A stretch of DNA of 64,000 nucleotides from an uncultured Candidatus Saccharibacteria bacterium (GCA_964613715.1 CAZTJK010000003.1:7322-71321), one strand, 5' to 3'. Shown: positions 35,540 to 49,190, counted from the stretch's first letter. Numbers and translations: made by a program. The notes: a model not told the origin generated them from the letters alone.

Positions 35540-36661
35540 ATGAAGAACCCTTTTGCAGATCTGATCAGCAAATTCGCCCCGGCGCAGAAAAGCCCGAGCG
35601 TGCTTGGCATCGACATCGGCTCCTCCTCCGTAAAAATGGTGCAGCTGAAGAAAAAAGGCGGCAAAGCGATCCTTGAAACCTATGGTGAAATCGCACTCGG
35701 CCCGTATGCGGGGACGGATGTGGGGCGCGCAAGCGTGCTCGGAGCAGCGAAAGTATCGGATGCCCTGAAGGATCTTTTGCGCGAGGCCAATACCACGACG
35801 CTTGAAAGCGGACTCTCTATTTCCGTCGGCTCAAGCTTTATCGTGTTCATGAAATTGCCGAAGTCCGATGAAAAGCGTCTTGCTGAAATGGTGCCGATCG
35901 AAGCGCGCAAATATATTCCAGTGCCGATTTCTGAAGTTTCGCTCGACTGGTGGGCGATACCGCAGGATGAGAGCACCGTCTCCGAATTTCAGAATGGCCA
36001 GAAAGTGACCGAGGATAAAGAGTCCGAAGTATTGCTCATCGTCATTCACAATGATGCGATCACAAAAAATAAAGACATTCAAAAGCTTGCTGGTCTGAAC
36101 GTCAGCTTTTCCGAAGTGGAAATTTTCAGCTCGATGCGCGCAGTGCTCGAGCCGGCAATCGCGCCGCAGATGATCATGGATTTCGGCGCGGGATCGACGA
36201 AAGTATTCATTGTCGAGCGCGGCATCCTGAAAGCATCGCATGTGATCAACCGCGGCGCGCAAGATATCACCATCGCTATTTCGAAATCGCTCAACCTGCC
36301 ATTTGATGAGGCAGAAAAAGTAAAACGTATCCAGGGCATCACCAGCGGCGGAGTAGGAGCGAATATCGCCGAGGTATCATCCGTCACCATCGACTACATT
36401 CTTGCGGAAACCGGCCGCTTCGTCCTTTCATACTACAAGAAATCCGGCAAGAAATTGACGAAAACGGTACTCACCGGCGGCGGCGCTCTTTTGAAGGGTC
36501 TCAAGGAAAAGGCGCAAGCCGCATTCGAGACGCCAGTGGAAGTGGCGAATCCGTTTGCCAAGGTAGATTACCCCGCCTTTCTCGAAGAGACGCTCAAAAA
36601 TGCCGGTCCGGAATTCGCCGTTGCTATCGGCATCGCCATCCGCAAGCTCCAGGAAATATAG
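35540..36661 (+). CDS. pilM: type IV pilus assembly protein PilM
   Basis: Actin-like ATPase fold. VLGIDIGSSSVKMVQL. 373 aa. Confidence 0.85.
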   Translation: MKNPFADLISKFAPAQKSPSVLGIDIGSSSVKMVQLKKKGGKAILETYGEIALGPYAGTDVGRASVLGAAKVSDALKDLLREANTTTLESGLSISVGSSFIVFMKLPKSDEKRLAEMVPIEARKYIPVPISEVSLDWWAIPQDESTVSEFQNGQKVTEDKESEVLLIVIHNDAITKNKDIQKLAGLNVSFSEVEIFSSMRAVLEPAIAPQMIMDFGAGSTKVFIVERGILKASHVINRGAQDITIAISKSLNLPFDEAEKVKRIQGITSGGVGANIAEVSSVTIDYILAETGRFVLSYYKKSGKKLTKTVLTGGGALLKGLKEKAQAAFETPVEVANPFAKVDYPAFLEETLKNAGPEFAVAIGIAIRKLQEI

Positions 36662-36718
36662 TCCACACGGGATTTCTTGCCCGGGGCGCAGTTTTTCGTG
36701 ATATACTAAGCATAGGAA

Positions 36719-37342
36719 ATGGATACGAAATTCCAAACATCGTTCATACCGAAAAAGCCGATCGGGGATTCCCGCGGCTCCCGAGCGGGCATCAGCCTGT
36801 TTCTCCTCGTGTCGCTCATCATTTTCTTCATCATGGCCGGCATTGCCGCGTGGGTATTCCTCGAAAAGAAGATTCTCGTGCAGGGCATCGCGAGCCAGCA
36901 GGCAACGATCAGCACGAACAAGACCGGCCTGATTTCCGACCAGATCACGGTGCAGAGCATCGTGGATCTCAACTCCCGCATCATCGCCGCCAAGCAGCTT
37001 TTGGCGCAGCATATTTCGGTCTCGCCGGTATTCGCGTTTTTCCAGCAGACAACGCTCAAGAATGTGCGCTTCAATAATTTCAATTTTGCTGCAAGCGGCA
37101 AGGACGACAGCGGTAAAGTCGGCGTTTCTGTGCAGATGTCGGGCCTCGCCCGCGATTGGGAGACGGTGGCATCCCAGGCTGATGAATTTGGCCTGTCGGA
37201 ATGGCGCAATATCATCAGCCAGCCGAAAATCTCAAACTTGAGCCTGAACGGCGACGGCAGCGTGTCATTCGTCTTTACGGCGATCATCAATCCGGATTTC
37301 ATCGTCTACGGCAACCCGCAGGCGATCCCATCGCAAAATTAA
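36719..37342 (+). CDS. PilN-like bitopic pilus assembly protein
   Basis: 207 aa with a single N-terminal TM. It follows directly after pilM. Confidence 0.5.
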   Translation: MDTKFQTSFIPKKPIGDSRGSRAGISLFLLVSLIIFFIMAGIAAWVFLEKKILVQGIASQQATISTNKTGLISDQITVQSIVDLNSRIIAAKQLLAQHISVSPVFAFFQQTTLKNVRFNNFNFAASGKDDSGKVGVSVQMSGLARDWETVASQADEFGLSEWRNIISQPKISNLSLNGDGSVSFVFTAIINPDFIVYGNPQAIPSQN

Positions 37343-37346
37343 TAAC

Positions 37347-37916
37347 ATGAACTTCCTTTTTCCAATCATTCTCATCATCACATCCATCGGCCTCTTTTTC
37401 GGCTACATTGATCCGAACTACAAGGGCACTGGTGCAACCGGCGACTATACCACGATGGGCATCATTCCGCTGCGTGCCGAGCTTGCGAAGTATCAGGATA
37501 TCGCCAAGAGCTCCAACTCAATCGTCTCCGAGCGCGACAACCTGGTCAAGAAGAAAAATACGATTTCAAATGACGATCAGGCACGCCTCGAGCGTTTGCT
37601 GCCGTCGAATATCGACAATATCCGCCTGATCATCGAGATCAGCCAGATCGCCGCAAACCGCGGCCTCGTAGCCAAGAATATTTCTGTCTCCTCGAATGCC
37701 AAACCGGCAACTGCCGCCATCGGCCCGAACGATTCCCTCTATGGCACGCTGACAATGAACTTCACTGTCAACGCCTCGTACAGCAATTTCCTGAATTTCC
37801 TCTCGGATTTGGAGAATAATCTGCGTCTGGTCGATATCACCAATATCACGTTCGGGTCGAGCGACAGTGGTTTCTATGATTTTTCAGTGACGCTCAATAC
37901 CTATTGGCTTAAATAA
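37347..37916 (+). CDS. PilO-like pilus assembly protein
   Basis: 189 aa with an N-terminal TM. Called from its position. Confidence 0.45.
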   Translation: MNFLFPIILIITSIGLFFGYIDPNYKGTGATGDYTTMGIIPLRAELAKYQDIAKSSNSIVSERDNLVKKKNTISNDDQARLERLLPSNIDNIRLIIEISQIAANRGLVAKNISVSSNAKPATAAIGPNDSLYGTLTMNFTVNASYSNFLNFLSDLENNLRLVDITNITFGSSDSGFYDFSVTLNTYWLK

Positions 37917-37921
37917 TACCT

Positions 37922-38257
37922 ATGAAGAAAAACATCGTCATTTTCATCGTGATCCTGCTGACCGTCCTTGTCGTCTTCTGGTATCTGGGATCGGACAGTT
38001 CCACGAGCTCTGATTCTTCGCTTTCGGCGGGGGAAACCTCCGCGCAGTCTGCCGATGCGCAGTACATCTATTCGCTGCTGCAGAAAATGGCGCAGGTAAA
38101 ACTCGATGATTCCATGTTCTCCAACCAGGTTTTCCAGTCCCTGAAAGACAATACCGTGTCATTTCCGCCGCAGGCAGCCGGCCGCGATAATCCGTTTGCG
38201 CCGATCGGCAGCTCGGGCGGTCCGGTCTCCACGACGACGATTCGTATTAAGCAATAA
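37922..38257 (+). CDS. hypothetical secreted protein in the pilus operon (PilP-like position)
   Basis: 111 aa with an N-terminal TM or signal and a Ser-rich linker. Confidence 0.35.
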   Translation: MKKNIVIFIVILLTVLVVFWYLGSDSSTSSDSSLSAGETSAQSADAQYIYSLLQKMAQVKLDDSMFSNQVFQSLKDNTVSFPPQAAGRDNPFAPIGSSGGPVSTTTIRIKQ

Positions 38258-38263
38258 TTCGCC

Positions 38264-39985
38264 ATGAACGTACTTGAACTTTTGGCCAACAAAAAGGTCA
38301 TCGGCAAAGGCGACGTCGCGAAAATCGAGAAGCAGGCAAGCGCATCGGGAAAAACGATTGAAGAAATTCTCGAATCAAGCGGTGTATCCGCCGATGCGAT
38401 TCTCGATGCAAAAGGCGAGTACTACAATCTCCCGACGCAGAATCTCGAAGGCCGGGAAGTCGGCTTTTCAGTATTGAAATACGTGTCGAGCGACGCGGCG
38501 AACCGCTACGGCTTTGCGCCGATCGGCATCAAGGACGGTACCTTGGAGCTCGGCATCGTGGATCCGGAAAATATCGAGGCGCGCGACGCGATCAGCTTCA
38601 TCGTCGGCAAGCTCAATGTGCCCTACAAGCTCTTCGTCATTTCCGAAAAGGATTTTGCAAAGGTGATCGAAAGCTACAAAGGTCTTTCCGGCGAAGTAAA
38701 AAAGGCGCTCAATGAGCTCGAGACCGAGCTGTCGAGCGATGTCGAAGGCGTTGATATCATCAAGAATGAGGAGAAGCAGGAGAATCCGGCTGATACGCGT
38801 ATCATTGAAGATGCGCCGGTGACAAAAATCGTCGCGACGATTCTCCGCTACGCCACCGAAGGCAATGCCTCAGACGTGCATATCGAGCATATGTCAGACA
38901 AGATCCGCGTGCGCTTCCGCGTCGACGGCGTTTTGAATACCTCGCTCGTGCTTCCGGTCGAAGTGCATCAGGCGGTCGTTGCGCGCATCAAGATTCTCTC
39001 GAACATGCGTCTCGACGAGAAGCGCAAACCGCAAGACGGCCGTTTCAGCGCCAATATCGAAGGCCGCAAGATAGACTTCCGCGTGTCCACCTTCCCATCT
39101 TATTACGGCGAAAAAGTGGTGATGAGAATTCTTGACCAGGAAAAAGGCGTCAAGCCTTTGGAGCAAATGGGTCTCTTGCCGCGCTATCTCTCGATGGTCC
39201 GCGATGCGATGCAGCGCCCGTACGGTATGATTCTCATTTCCGGTCCGACCGGTTCCGGTAAGACGACGACGCTCTATTCTATGCTTCAGGAAATCAACAA
39301 GGATCAGAAAAACGTCCTCTCGCTCGAAGACCCGATCGAATACAATATTGAAGGCATGAGCCAATCGCAGGTCTTTCCTGAAATCGGCTACGATTTCGCG
39401 AATGGCTTGCGCACGACGCTCCGCCAAGACCCGGACATCATCATGGTTGGCGAGATCCGCGATAAAGAGACCGCGCAGCTTGCCGTGCAGGCCGCGCTCA
39501 CCGGCCACCTTGTGCTTTCGACTATTCATACCAATACCGCCTGCGGCGTGATTCCACGCCTCATCGATATGGGCGTCGATCCGTATCTGATTGCACCGAC
39601 CCTCATCCTTGCCATGGGACAGCGCCTCGTTTCCCAATTATGTCCGGGTACCGGCAAGCCGATCGAGGTGACCGGCAGCATGGAGGCAATGATCAAACAC
39701 CAATTCGATGATTTGCCGGCAGAATTCAGGAAAGAAATTCCGGAAACCGTGCAGCTATTTGAAAAAGAATCAACGCCGCAATGCCCAACCGGCACCAAAG
39801 GCCGCCTCGCTGTCTTTGAAATGTTCAAGATGGATCATGATATTGAAGAAGTCATCCTCAAAAACCCAGTGGAATCCGAAGTATTCCGCACTGCGCGCAA
39901 GAAGGGCCTGATTACGATGAAAGAAAATGCCATGATCAAAGCCATGGAAAAGGTGATCCCGTTCGAGGAAATCAACCAGCTCTAG
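38264..39985 (+). CDS. pilB: type IV pilus assembly ATPase PilB (GspE family)
   Basis: Walker A ISGPTGSGKTTTL, Asp/His boxes, tetracysteine CPGTG...CPTG. 573 aa. Confidence 0.93.
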   Translation: MNVLELLANKKVIGKGDVAKIEKQASASGKTIEEILESSGVSADAILDAKGEYYNLPTQNLEGREVGFSVLKYVSSDAANRYGFAPIGIKDGTLELGIVDPENIEARDAISFIVGKLNVPYKLFVISEKDFAKVIESYKGLSGEVKKALNELETELSSDVEGVDIIKNEEKQENPADTRIIEDAPVTKIVATILRYATEGNASDVHIEHMSDKIRVRFRVDGVLNTSLVLPVEVHQAVVARIKILSNMRLDEKRKPQDGRFSANIEGRKIDFRVSTFPSYYGEKVVMRILDQEKGVKPLEQMGLLPRYLSMVRDAMQRPYGMILISGPTGSGKTTTLYSMLQEINKDQKNVLSLEDPIEYNIEGMSQSQVFPEIGYDFANGLRTTLRQDPDIIMVGEIRDKETAQLAVQAALTGHLVLSTIHTNTACGVIPRLIDMGVDPYLIAPTLILAMGQRLVSQLCPGTGKPIEVTGSMEAMIKHQFDDLPAEFRKEIPETVQLFEKESTPQCPTGTKGRLAVFEMFKMDHDIEEVILKNPVESEVFRTARKKGLITMKENAMIKAMEKVIPFEEINQL

Positions 39986-40033
39986 GCATCTTTTTTGCAA
40001 GAGCGGGGAGTGATGCTATACTGATAACCGAAT

Positions 40034-40423
40034 ATGTCCGATACGAAGCGCATTTTAATAACTGATGACGACAAGTTTCTCTTGAGCATGTACTCGATGA
40101 AGTTCGAAAAGAGCGGATTCGAGGTGAAAATCGCTTCAAGCGGCGCCGAAGCGCTCGATACGCTGCGCTCCGGCTTCAAGCCGGACATACTTCTGTTTGA
40201 TCTCATCATGCCTATCATGGACGGCTTTGCCGTCTATGAGGCAGTCAAAAAAGAAAAGCTTGCTTCGGGGGCAATCGCGATCATGCTGACGAATCAGGGA
40301 CTGAGCACTGATATCAGCCGGGCGAAGGAGCTTGGCGTCGCCGGATATATCATCAAAGCGACGACGATCCCCTCGGAAGTGGTGAGCGAAGTACTGGCGA
40401 TTTATCAGAAGAGCAAGAAATAA
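40034..40423 (+). CDS. single-domain response regulator (CheY-like receiver)
   Basis: ILITDDD...DILLFDLIMP...GYIIK is a REC domain. 129 aa. Confidence 0.8.
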   Translation: MSDTKRILITDDDKFLLSMYSMKFEKSGFEVKIASSGAEALDTLRSGFKPDILLFDLIMPIMDGFAVYEAVKKEKLASGAIAIMLTNQGLSTDISRAKELGVAGYIIKATTIPSEVVSEVLAIYQKSKK

Positions 40424-40457
40424 AGAGTTCTTTTTATTCAATTAACGCTATATTGCG

Positions 40458-41519
40458 ATGGAATACAAAAAAGAGTTGGAAGAGCTGATCAAGATCGTGT
40501 TTCAGGAAGGTGCATCCGACCTGCATCTTGCGGAGGGAAAGCGACCAACAATCCGCGTTTCAGGTCTCTTGCTGCCGCTCGTCAAGCGCGACATGATCGA
40601 CCATGAATCGATGCTCGGCATTCTCTCGCAGCTTGTCACCAAGGAGCATCGCGAGATATTCCTCCGCGATAAGGAGCTCGATTTCTCTTATGCCATGGAT
40701 AATGGCGAGCGTTTCCGCGGCAATGCCTTTTTCCAGCAAGGACTCATCTCCATTGCACTGCGTCTCATCCCGAAAAAAATACGCAGCCTTGCCGAGCTCA
40801 ATCTGCCTGAGACGCTCAAGGTATTTGCCGACAAGCCACAGGGATTCTTTCTTGTCGTCGGTCCCGTTGGCCACGGCAAGACGACGACGCTTGCCGCGAT
40901 GATCGAGCATATCAATGAATCCCGCGCCGAGCATATCATCACGATCGAAGACCCGATCGAGTATGTTTACGAAGCGAAAAAATCGATCGTCGACCAGCGC
41001 GAAATCCGCCTCGATACGAAGGATTTTCCGACAGCGCTGCGCAGCATGTTTCGCGAGGATGTCGACGTGGCGCTCATCGGCGAGATGCGCGGATCGGAAA
41101 CCATCGGCACTGCTGTCACTGCAGCGGAAACCGGACACCTCATCTTCTCGACTTTGCATACCAATTCGGCCGCACAGACGATCAGCCGCATCATCGACTC
41201 GTTTCCGGCAGAGCAGCAGGCGCAGATCCGCATTCAGCTTGCCGGGTCGCTCACCGGCATCCTTTCGCAGCGTCTCATTCCGCGCATTTCCGGCGGCCTC
41301 ATCCCGGCATACGAACTGTTGATCAATAACAATGCCGTGGCGAACCTGATCCGCGAGAACCGCATCCATGAGATCGCAAGCGTGATCGAGACCTCTTCGC
41401 AGGAAGGCATGGTGGATCTCAACCGCAGCCTGTCCGAGCTTGTCTCCCGCGGGGAAATCACGGTGGAGAACGCGTACATCTACGCGACCGATACGAGAAT
41501 TTTGGAAAAAATGCTATAA
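40458..41519 (+). CDS. pilT: twitching motility ATPase PilT
   Basis: Walker A VVGPVGHGKTTTL and GEMRGSETI. 353 aa. Confidence 0.93.
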   Translation: MEYKKELEELIKIVFQEGASDLHLAEGKRPTIRVSGLLLPLVKRDMIDHESMLGILSQLVTKEHREIFLRDKELDFSYAMDNGERFRGNAFFQQGLISIALRLIPKKIRSLAELNLPETLKVFADKPQGFFLVVGPVGHGKTTTLAAMIEHINESRAEHIITIEDPIEYVYEAKKSIVDQREIRLDTKDFPTALRSMFREDVDVALIGEMRGSETIGTAVTAAETGHLIFSTLHTNSAAQTISRIIDSFPAEQQAQIRIQLAGSLTGILSQRLIPRISGGLIPAYELLINNNAVANLIRENRIHEIASVIETSSQEGMVDLNRSLSELVSRGEITVENAYIYATDTRILEKML

Positions 41520-41548
41520 TTACGGATAATTAAGTACGCGTATCACGG

Positions 41549-42757
41549 ATGACATTCAAATATACAACAATAGATGCGAGCGGCGCGAGCAAAGCGGGAA
41601 CCATCGACGCCATTAATATGGAAGTGGCGATCGCCGCGCTCCAGAAACGCGGCCTTTCCGTGGTCTCGATCAAGCCTGAAGAAGAGGGTGCCTCACTTTT
41701 TTCGAAAAATATTTCTTTCTTCGACCATGTGTCGAACAAGGATATCGTCATCCTGTCGCGCCAGATGGCGACCCTGTTCGAAGCGCAGGTTTCCGCACTG
41801 CGCATTTTCCAGCTCTTGGCCGTGCAGGCAGAAAACGCCGTATTACGCCGGAAACTGAAGGAAATCGTCGACGATCTGCAGGCCGGGAGCTCCATTTCGG
41901 CCGCGCTCGCGAAACATCCCGATGCTTTCTCGCAATTTTATGTGAATATGGTGCGCGCAGGCGAAGAGTCGGGCAAGCTCGATCAGACATTCATGTATCT
42001 TGCCGATCATCTGGACCGCACCTATGAAGTGAACTCGAAAGTAAAGACCGCCCTCATCTATCCGTCTTTCGTCGTCTTCACGTTCATTGCCGTCATGGTG
42101 CTCATGCTTGTTGTTGTCATCCCGAAAATCAGCGGCATTCTCAAGGAATCCGGACAGGCAGTGCCGATTTACACGAAAATCGTTCTCGGCTTCTCGAGCT
42201 TTCTTGTCAATTACGGCCTGTTTCTCCTGATCGGCCTTGTCGTCGGCGGATTCTTCCTTTTCCGCTATTCGCGCACCGAAACGGGAAAAGTCGCTTTTGA
42301 TGAGCTGAAAATTACCATGCCATTTGTCAGAAAGCTCTATTCAAAGCTCTATCTCTCACGCATCGCCGACAATATGAATACCATGATCGTTTCCGGCATT
42401 CCGATGGTCCGCGGCCTCGACATCACTTCGTCAGTCGTCGACAATCTCGTGTTCAAGCAGGTACTCGATAAGACCGTCGAAGATATCAAGGGTGGCAGCT
42501 CGGTATCGGACGCCATGGGCAAACATGAGGAAATCCCGGGCATTTTCGTGCAAATGGTGAAAATCGGCGAGGAAACCGGCCAGCTCGGTAATATCCTCAA
42601 AACGCTTGCGAATTTTTATCGCCGGGAAGTAACGAATACCATTGATGCGATGGTAAGCCTCATTGAGCCGGCCATGATTGTGCTCCTTGGTTTTGGTGTG
42701 GCATTTCTCATGGCATCCGTCCTTGTGCCTATCTACAATATTTCCGCAGGTATATAG
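41549..42757 (+). CDS. pilC: type IV pilus inner-membrane platform protein PilC (GspF family)
   Basis: 402 aa with two GspF repeats. Confidence 0.9.
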   Translation: MTFKYTTIDASGASKAGTIDAINMEVAIAALQKRGLSVVSIKPEEEGASLFSKNISFFDHVSNKDIVILSRQMATLFEAQVSALRIFQLLAVQAENAVLRRKLKEIVDDLQAGSSISAALAKHPDAFSQFYVNMVRAGEESGKLDQTFMYLADHLDRTYEVNSKVKTALIYPSFVVFTFIAVMVLMLVVVIPKISGILKESGQAVPIYTKIVLGFSSFLVNYGLFLLIGLVVGGFFLFRYSRTETGKVAFDELKITMPFVRKLYSKLYLSRIADNMNTMIVSGIPMVRGLDITSSVVDNLVFKQVLDKTVEDIKGGSSVSDAMGKHEEIPGIFVQMVKIGEETGQLGNILKTLANFYRREVTNTIDAMVSLIEPAMIVLLGFGVAFLMASVLVPIYNISAGI

Positions 42758-42965
42758 TCTTCGCTACAGTTTTAAAAAGCCTTATTTTCCCTAGTTATCC
42801 ACACCTATTTTTGCAAGGGTGTATAATTCTTTCGTAAGCTTGAATATTGCAATATTCGCGCTTTTCGGTTCGCTTCTCGCCTTGAGCAAGGAGAAAGCAA
42901 GCCGGACAGGCGGAAAAAACAAGCTCATTATTAAGGATTAATTTTTATCGATAGAAATTAAGATT

Positions 42966-43400
42966 ATGAAGATGAAAAAAGGTTTTACATTGATCGAACT
43001 CTTGGTGGTTATCGCCATCATCGGTATTCTTTCGTCAGTCGTGCTCGCCAGCTTGAACTCAGCACGCACGAAGGGTTCGGATGCGGCAGTGAAAGCAGCG
43101 ATGAACAATCTGCGCGCACAGGCAGCCCTCTACTATGATGGCACCGGCGGCCAGACCTACGACTCGTCATTGACGTCGATCGCCTGCAACGGCAGTGCGT
43201 CACACGGCTTGTTCTCTGCAGATCCTCAGGCGAAAGCGATCGCATCGAACATCGCTTCAAACTCAGCATCATCGACCTGTATGTCGACCTCGACAACATT
43301 CGCAGTGGTCGCTCAGTTGAAGGGCGGCAGCTATTGGTGCGTTGACAGCAGCGGTGCTGCAACCGGATCGACTGCAATCAGCGGCGGTCTTTGCCAATAA
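42966..43400 (+). CDS. type IV major pilin
   Basis: Prepilin leader MKMKKG|FTLIELLVVIAIIGIL and C-terminal Cys. Confidence 0.85.
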   Translation: MKMKKGFTLIELLVVIAIIGILSSVVLASLNSARTKGSDAAVKAAMNNLRAQAALYYDGTGGQTYDSSLTSIACNGSASHGLFSADPQAKAIASNIASNSASSTCMSTSTTFAVVAQLKGGSYWCVDSSGAATGSTAISGGLCQ

Positions 43401-43418
43401 AGAACATTATTTGTTCAG

Positions 43419-43450
43419 AAAAACGCCCGGCAACGGGCGTTTTTCTTTTA
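43419..43450 (+). terminator. rho-independent terminator
   Basis: aaaacgcccggcaacgggcgttttc. Confidence 0.6.
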
Positions 43451-43475
43451 CGGGCGGAAACGCTATACTATCTGC

Positions 43476-43982
43476 ATGAGATTTTCTTCGACATCGCGGG
43501 GGTTCAGTATCGCGGAAGTCATCGTTGTCATCGCAGTCATCGCGACATTGTCCGCGCTCGCGTACTCGTCCTTCAGTACCAATCGTGCGCGCAGCCGCGA
43601 TCAGCAGCGGGTTTCGGATCTCAATTACGTTGCGCTTGCGCTTGAGCAGTACTTGAATGCCAATGGGACATATCCGAGCGTTTTGAGCACTCTCGTTCCC
43701 GGATATATGGCCGCCGTGCCGGTACCGCCGACAACGCCGTCCGGCAATGCATATCAATATCATTATGTGCCGCTTGCTGCTGATTCGGCAGGCTCCCACA
43801 ACTGCACGTCTTATCAGCTCTGGACGACATTCGAGCTCTCGAATTCATACGTGAATGCGAAAGCGGGATTCGATTCGAAGAGCGGGGAAGTATCACGCGG
43901 CTATTTCTGCTACAGTCCGGCATCGACCGATCAGATCGACGCGTCGAATACGCCGCTTGTCTATGATGTCGTGCCGAAATGA
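43476..43982 (+). CDS. type IV pilin-like protein
   Basis: The N-terminus is GFSIAEVIVVIAVIATLSALAY. Confidence 0.7.
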   Translation: MRFSSTSRGFSIAEVIVVIAVIATLSALAYSSFSTNRARSRDQQRVSDLNYVALALEQYLNANGTYPSVLSTLVPGYMAAVPVPPTTPSGNAYQYHYVPLAADSAGSHNCTSYQLWTTFELSNSYVNAKAGFDSKSGEVSRGYFCYSPASTDQIDASNTPLVYDVVPK

Positions 43983-44758
43983 TCGCCGCTCCTTTTTTTG
44001 TTTTCATACTCGGCACTATCGTCGGCAGCTTCGTGAATGTGCTTGCGCTGCGCTATAATACCGGCCTGTCATTTTTTTCGGGCCGCTCAAAATGCTTTTC
44101 CTGCGGCAAAACATTGCAGGCGCATGAGTTGGTTCCCGTGCTCAGTTTCCTTTTCCTTGGCGGCAAATGCTCATCATGCAAAAGTAGGATATCCTGGCAA
44201 TACCCGCTTGTGGAGCTTGTAACCGGGTTTTTGTTTCTTCTGGCGTATCTTACCATCGGCGCCGTGCCAGCACTTCTGCTCTCTGTCATTATGATCGTTC
44301 TCTTGCTTGCCATCGGCCTCTATGATCTCAAGCACATGATCATCCCGGATGGCCTCGTATTTTTATTCGACGCCATTGCGCTTGTCTCGTTCTTCCTCTC
44401 AAACACCTGGCATCCGTTCTGGCAGTCGCTCGATTTCTGGGCCGGTCCGATACTCTTCGCATTTCTTGCGTTTTTCTGGCTCGTATCAGGTGGGCGGTGG
44501 ATGGGTTTTGGCGATGCGAAGCTTGTGATCGGCACGGGCTGGATGCTCGGTTTTTCCGGCGGTATCTTCGCGCTCATGCTCGCGTTTTGGCTCGGCGCAC
44601 TTTGGGGTATACTAGTGATGGTATTGGGCAGGATCGGCCTGACGAAGACGAAGCTCAAAGGCTCAAGCGAGGTGCCGTTCGCGCCGTTCATCATCTCTGC
44701 GGCGCTCCTCCAGCTTTTCGGGAATTTCGCCATCGCGCATGTTCTTTTCCCATACTAG
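43979..44758 (+). CDS. pilD: prepilin peptidase PilD (A24 family)
   Basis: Tetra-Cys CFSCG...CSSCK. Polytopic membrane protein. 259 aa. Confidence 0.9.
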   Translation: MIAAPFFVFILGTIVGSFVNVLALRYNTGLSFFSGRSKCFSCGKTLQAHELVPVLSFLFLGGKCSSCKSRISWQYPLVELVTGFLFLLAYLTIGAVPALLLSVIMIVLLLAIGLYDLKHMIIPDGLVFLFDAIALVSFFLSNTWHPFWQSLDFWAGPILFAFLAFFWLVSGGRWMGFGDAKLVIGTGWMLGFSGGIFALMLAFWLGALWGILVMVLGRIGLTKTKLKGSSEVPFAPFIISAALLQLFGNFAIAHVLFPY

Positions 44759-44762
44759 ACCT

Positions 44763-45386
44763 ATGGCATTCCACAAAGAGAGCAGAATACGACAACAGCA
44801 GCGAACGAATGGCGGCTTCACCCTTGTCGAGCTTCTGGTGACTATCGTCATCTTCGTATTGCTCACGAGCCTTGTCCTTTTCAGCCAGGGCAATTTCAAC
44901 AATACGGTGCTTCTGAATAATCTTGCATACGATCTCGCACTTTCTATCCGCCAGGCCCAGGATTATGGCACAAGCATCCGCGAGTTCGCATCCTCGACGC
45001 CGCTTTTCTCATCGTACGGCATGTATTTCAATACGACGGTGAGCAACAAGAATTTCGTCCTCTTTGCCGATACGACAGGGGACAATCGCTACAACGGCTC
45101 GGTCGCGCTCTGCCCGGCGAACGATCCAGAATGTATCCAGAAATATTCGATCAATAATGGCAGCTTCATCAAGTCTATCTGCGCCGGCGCGGACAGTGCA
45201 CACTGCAATGCGATCGCAAGCTACATGAATATCATGTTCAAGCGCCCGAATCCGGATGCCGGCATCTATATGGATGCCAATCCGACCGCACAAAATTACG
45301 CGGCGATCACCCTCTCGTCGGTCAGCGGCACGACGCGTACCGTGGTCGTGACATCAGTCGGTCAAATCTATGTCCAGAAAAATTAA
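44763..45386 (+). CDS. minor pilin / pseudopilin
   Basis: GFTLVELLVTIVIF. The start may be 44739. Confidence 0.6.
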   Translation: MAFHKESRIRQQQRTNGGFTLVELLVTIVIFVLLTSLVLFSQGNFNNTVLLNNLAYDLALSIRQAQDYGTSIREFASSTPLFSSYGMYFNTTVSNKNFVLFADTTGDNRYNGSVALCPANDPECIQKYSINNGSFIKSICAGADSAHCNAIASYMNIMFKRPNPDAGIYMDANPTAQNYAAITLSSVSGTTRTVVVTSVGQIYVQKN

Positions 45387-45981
45387 TCCTACAACTGCAT
45401 ACCGTTTCTCGCGGGGCTTCACCCTCGTCGAAATGCTCGTGTCTATCGCCGTCTTCATGTCGGTCATGGTGGTCGCTGCAGGTTCGCTCGTCTCGATCAT
45501 CAACGAGAATGACAAGGCGCAGAATATCAAAAGCGTCGTCGACAATGTGACATTCGCCATCGACAGCATTTCGCGCAATCTTCGCTCCGGCAGTGATTTT
45601 TCCTGCATCCCGACAAACGGTTCCTCATTTTCCGGCGACTGTTCGACGGGGGGACAGACCATTCGCTATTGGAATAGCACCGATGGTGCTTATACTGAAT
45701 ACCGCTTCGTGGATTCCGGCTCGATCAGTAGCAGCACGGGCAATATCCAGCGGGCAAGCGGCTGCGATGTAAGCGGCGTCTGCACTACGAGCTGGCAAAG
45801 CATTACCGCGCCGACGGCGAATGTCACCATTTCTAATATGGTATTTTATGTATTGGGAACCACGGCTGGGTTTCAGCCGCGCGTCCTCGTCACCGTCTCG
45901 GGCACTATCACATCGAAGGACGGTACGAAGACCGAATTCACGATGCAGACGACCGCATCAGAGCGCGTGCGCATTCAATAA
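45370..45981 (+). CDS. minor pilin / pseudopilin
   Basis: GFTLVEMLVSIAVFMSV. Confidence 0.6.
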   Translation: MSRKINPTTAYRFSRGFTLVEMLVSIAVFMSVMVVAAGSLVSIINENDKAQNIKSVVDNVTFAIDSISRNLRSGSDFSCIPTNGSSFSGDCSTGGQTIRYWNSTDGAYTEYRFVDSGSISSSTGNIQRASGCDVSGVCTTSWQSITAPTANVTISNMVFYVLGTTAGFQPRVLVTVSGTITSKDGTKTEFTMQTTASERVRIQ

Positions 45982-45988
45982 TCAAGTC

Positions 45989-46572
45989 ATGATCACATTT
46001 TCTCAAAAAACTGAAAAAGGATTCACGCTCGTCGAGTCGCTCGTCGCCATTTCCGTGCTCATGATCGCAATCGCGAGCCCGATGGCCATTTCCCAGAAAG
46101 GCCTATCGACGGCAACCCAGTCGAAAGATCAGATGATCGCCTCGTTTCTCGCCCAGGACGGTCTTGAAGCCGTGAAAAACATCCGTGATCAGATTGCAGT
46201 GAGCGCGTCCGCCGGTACTTCCTGGCTCACGGGCCTCGACAAATGCGTCTGTGCCGCCGGTAGTTGCACTAACTTCGCGCAATACTGCAATATCGACACG
46301 ACATATCCGGATCTCACCACTTCGGGCGCTGTGAAGCAGTACAATGAATCAGGCGTTAACCCATTGAAGACTAATACCGATATCAACGGTAAATTCATCA
46401 ATTTCAATTTGAGCGCTGCGACCGCCTCGATCTTTTCCCGCTATATCAATGTCTATCAGTCGACGGATAATCCGAACGAGGCGAAAGTCAATGTGCGGGT
46501 CTCATGGAATACACCATCCGGCATCCAAAATGTCACCATCACCGATTTCATTTATAATTATTCGGTCAACCT

Positions 46573-46576
<4 letters not shown>
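45989..46576 (+). CDS. minor pilin / pseudopilin
   Basis: GFTLVESLVAISVLMIAI. The ATG at 45989 is preferred over the longer track ORF. Confidence 0.6.
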
Positions 46577-49148
<2,572 letters not shown>

Positions 49149-49190
49149 GTATCGGATTCTCATTTTTATCCGTTGTGCTATAGTGTTTTC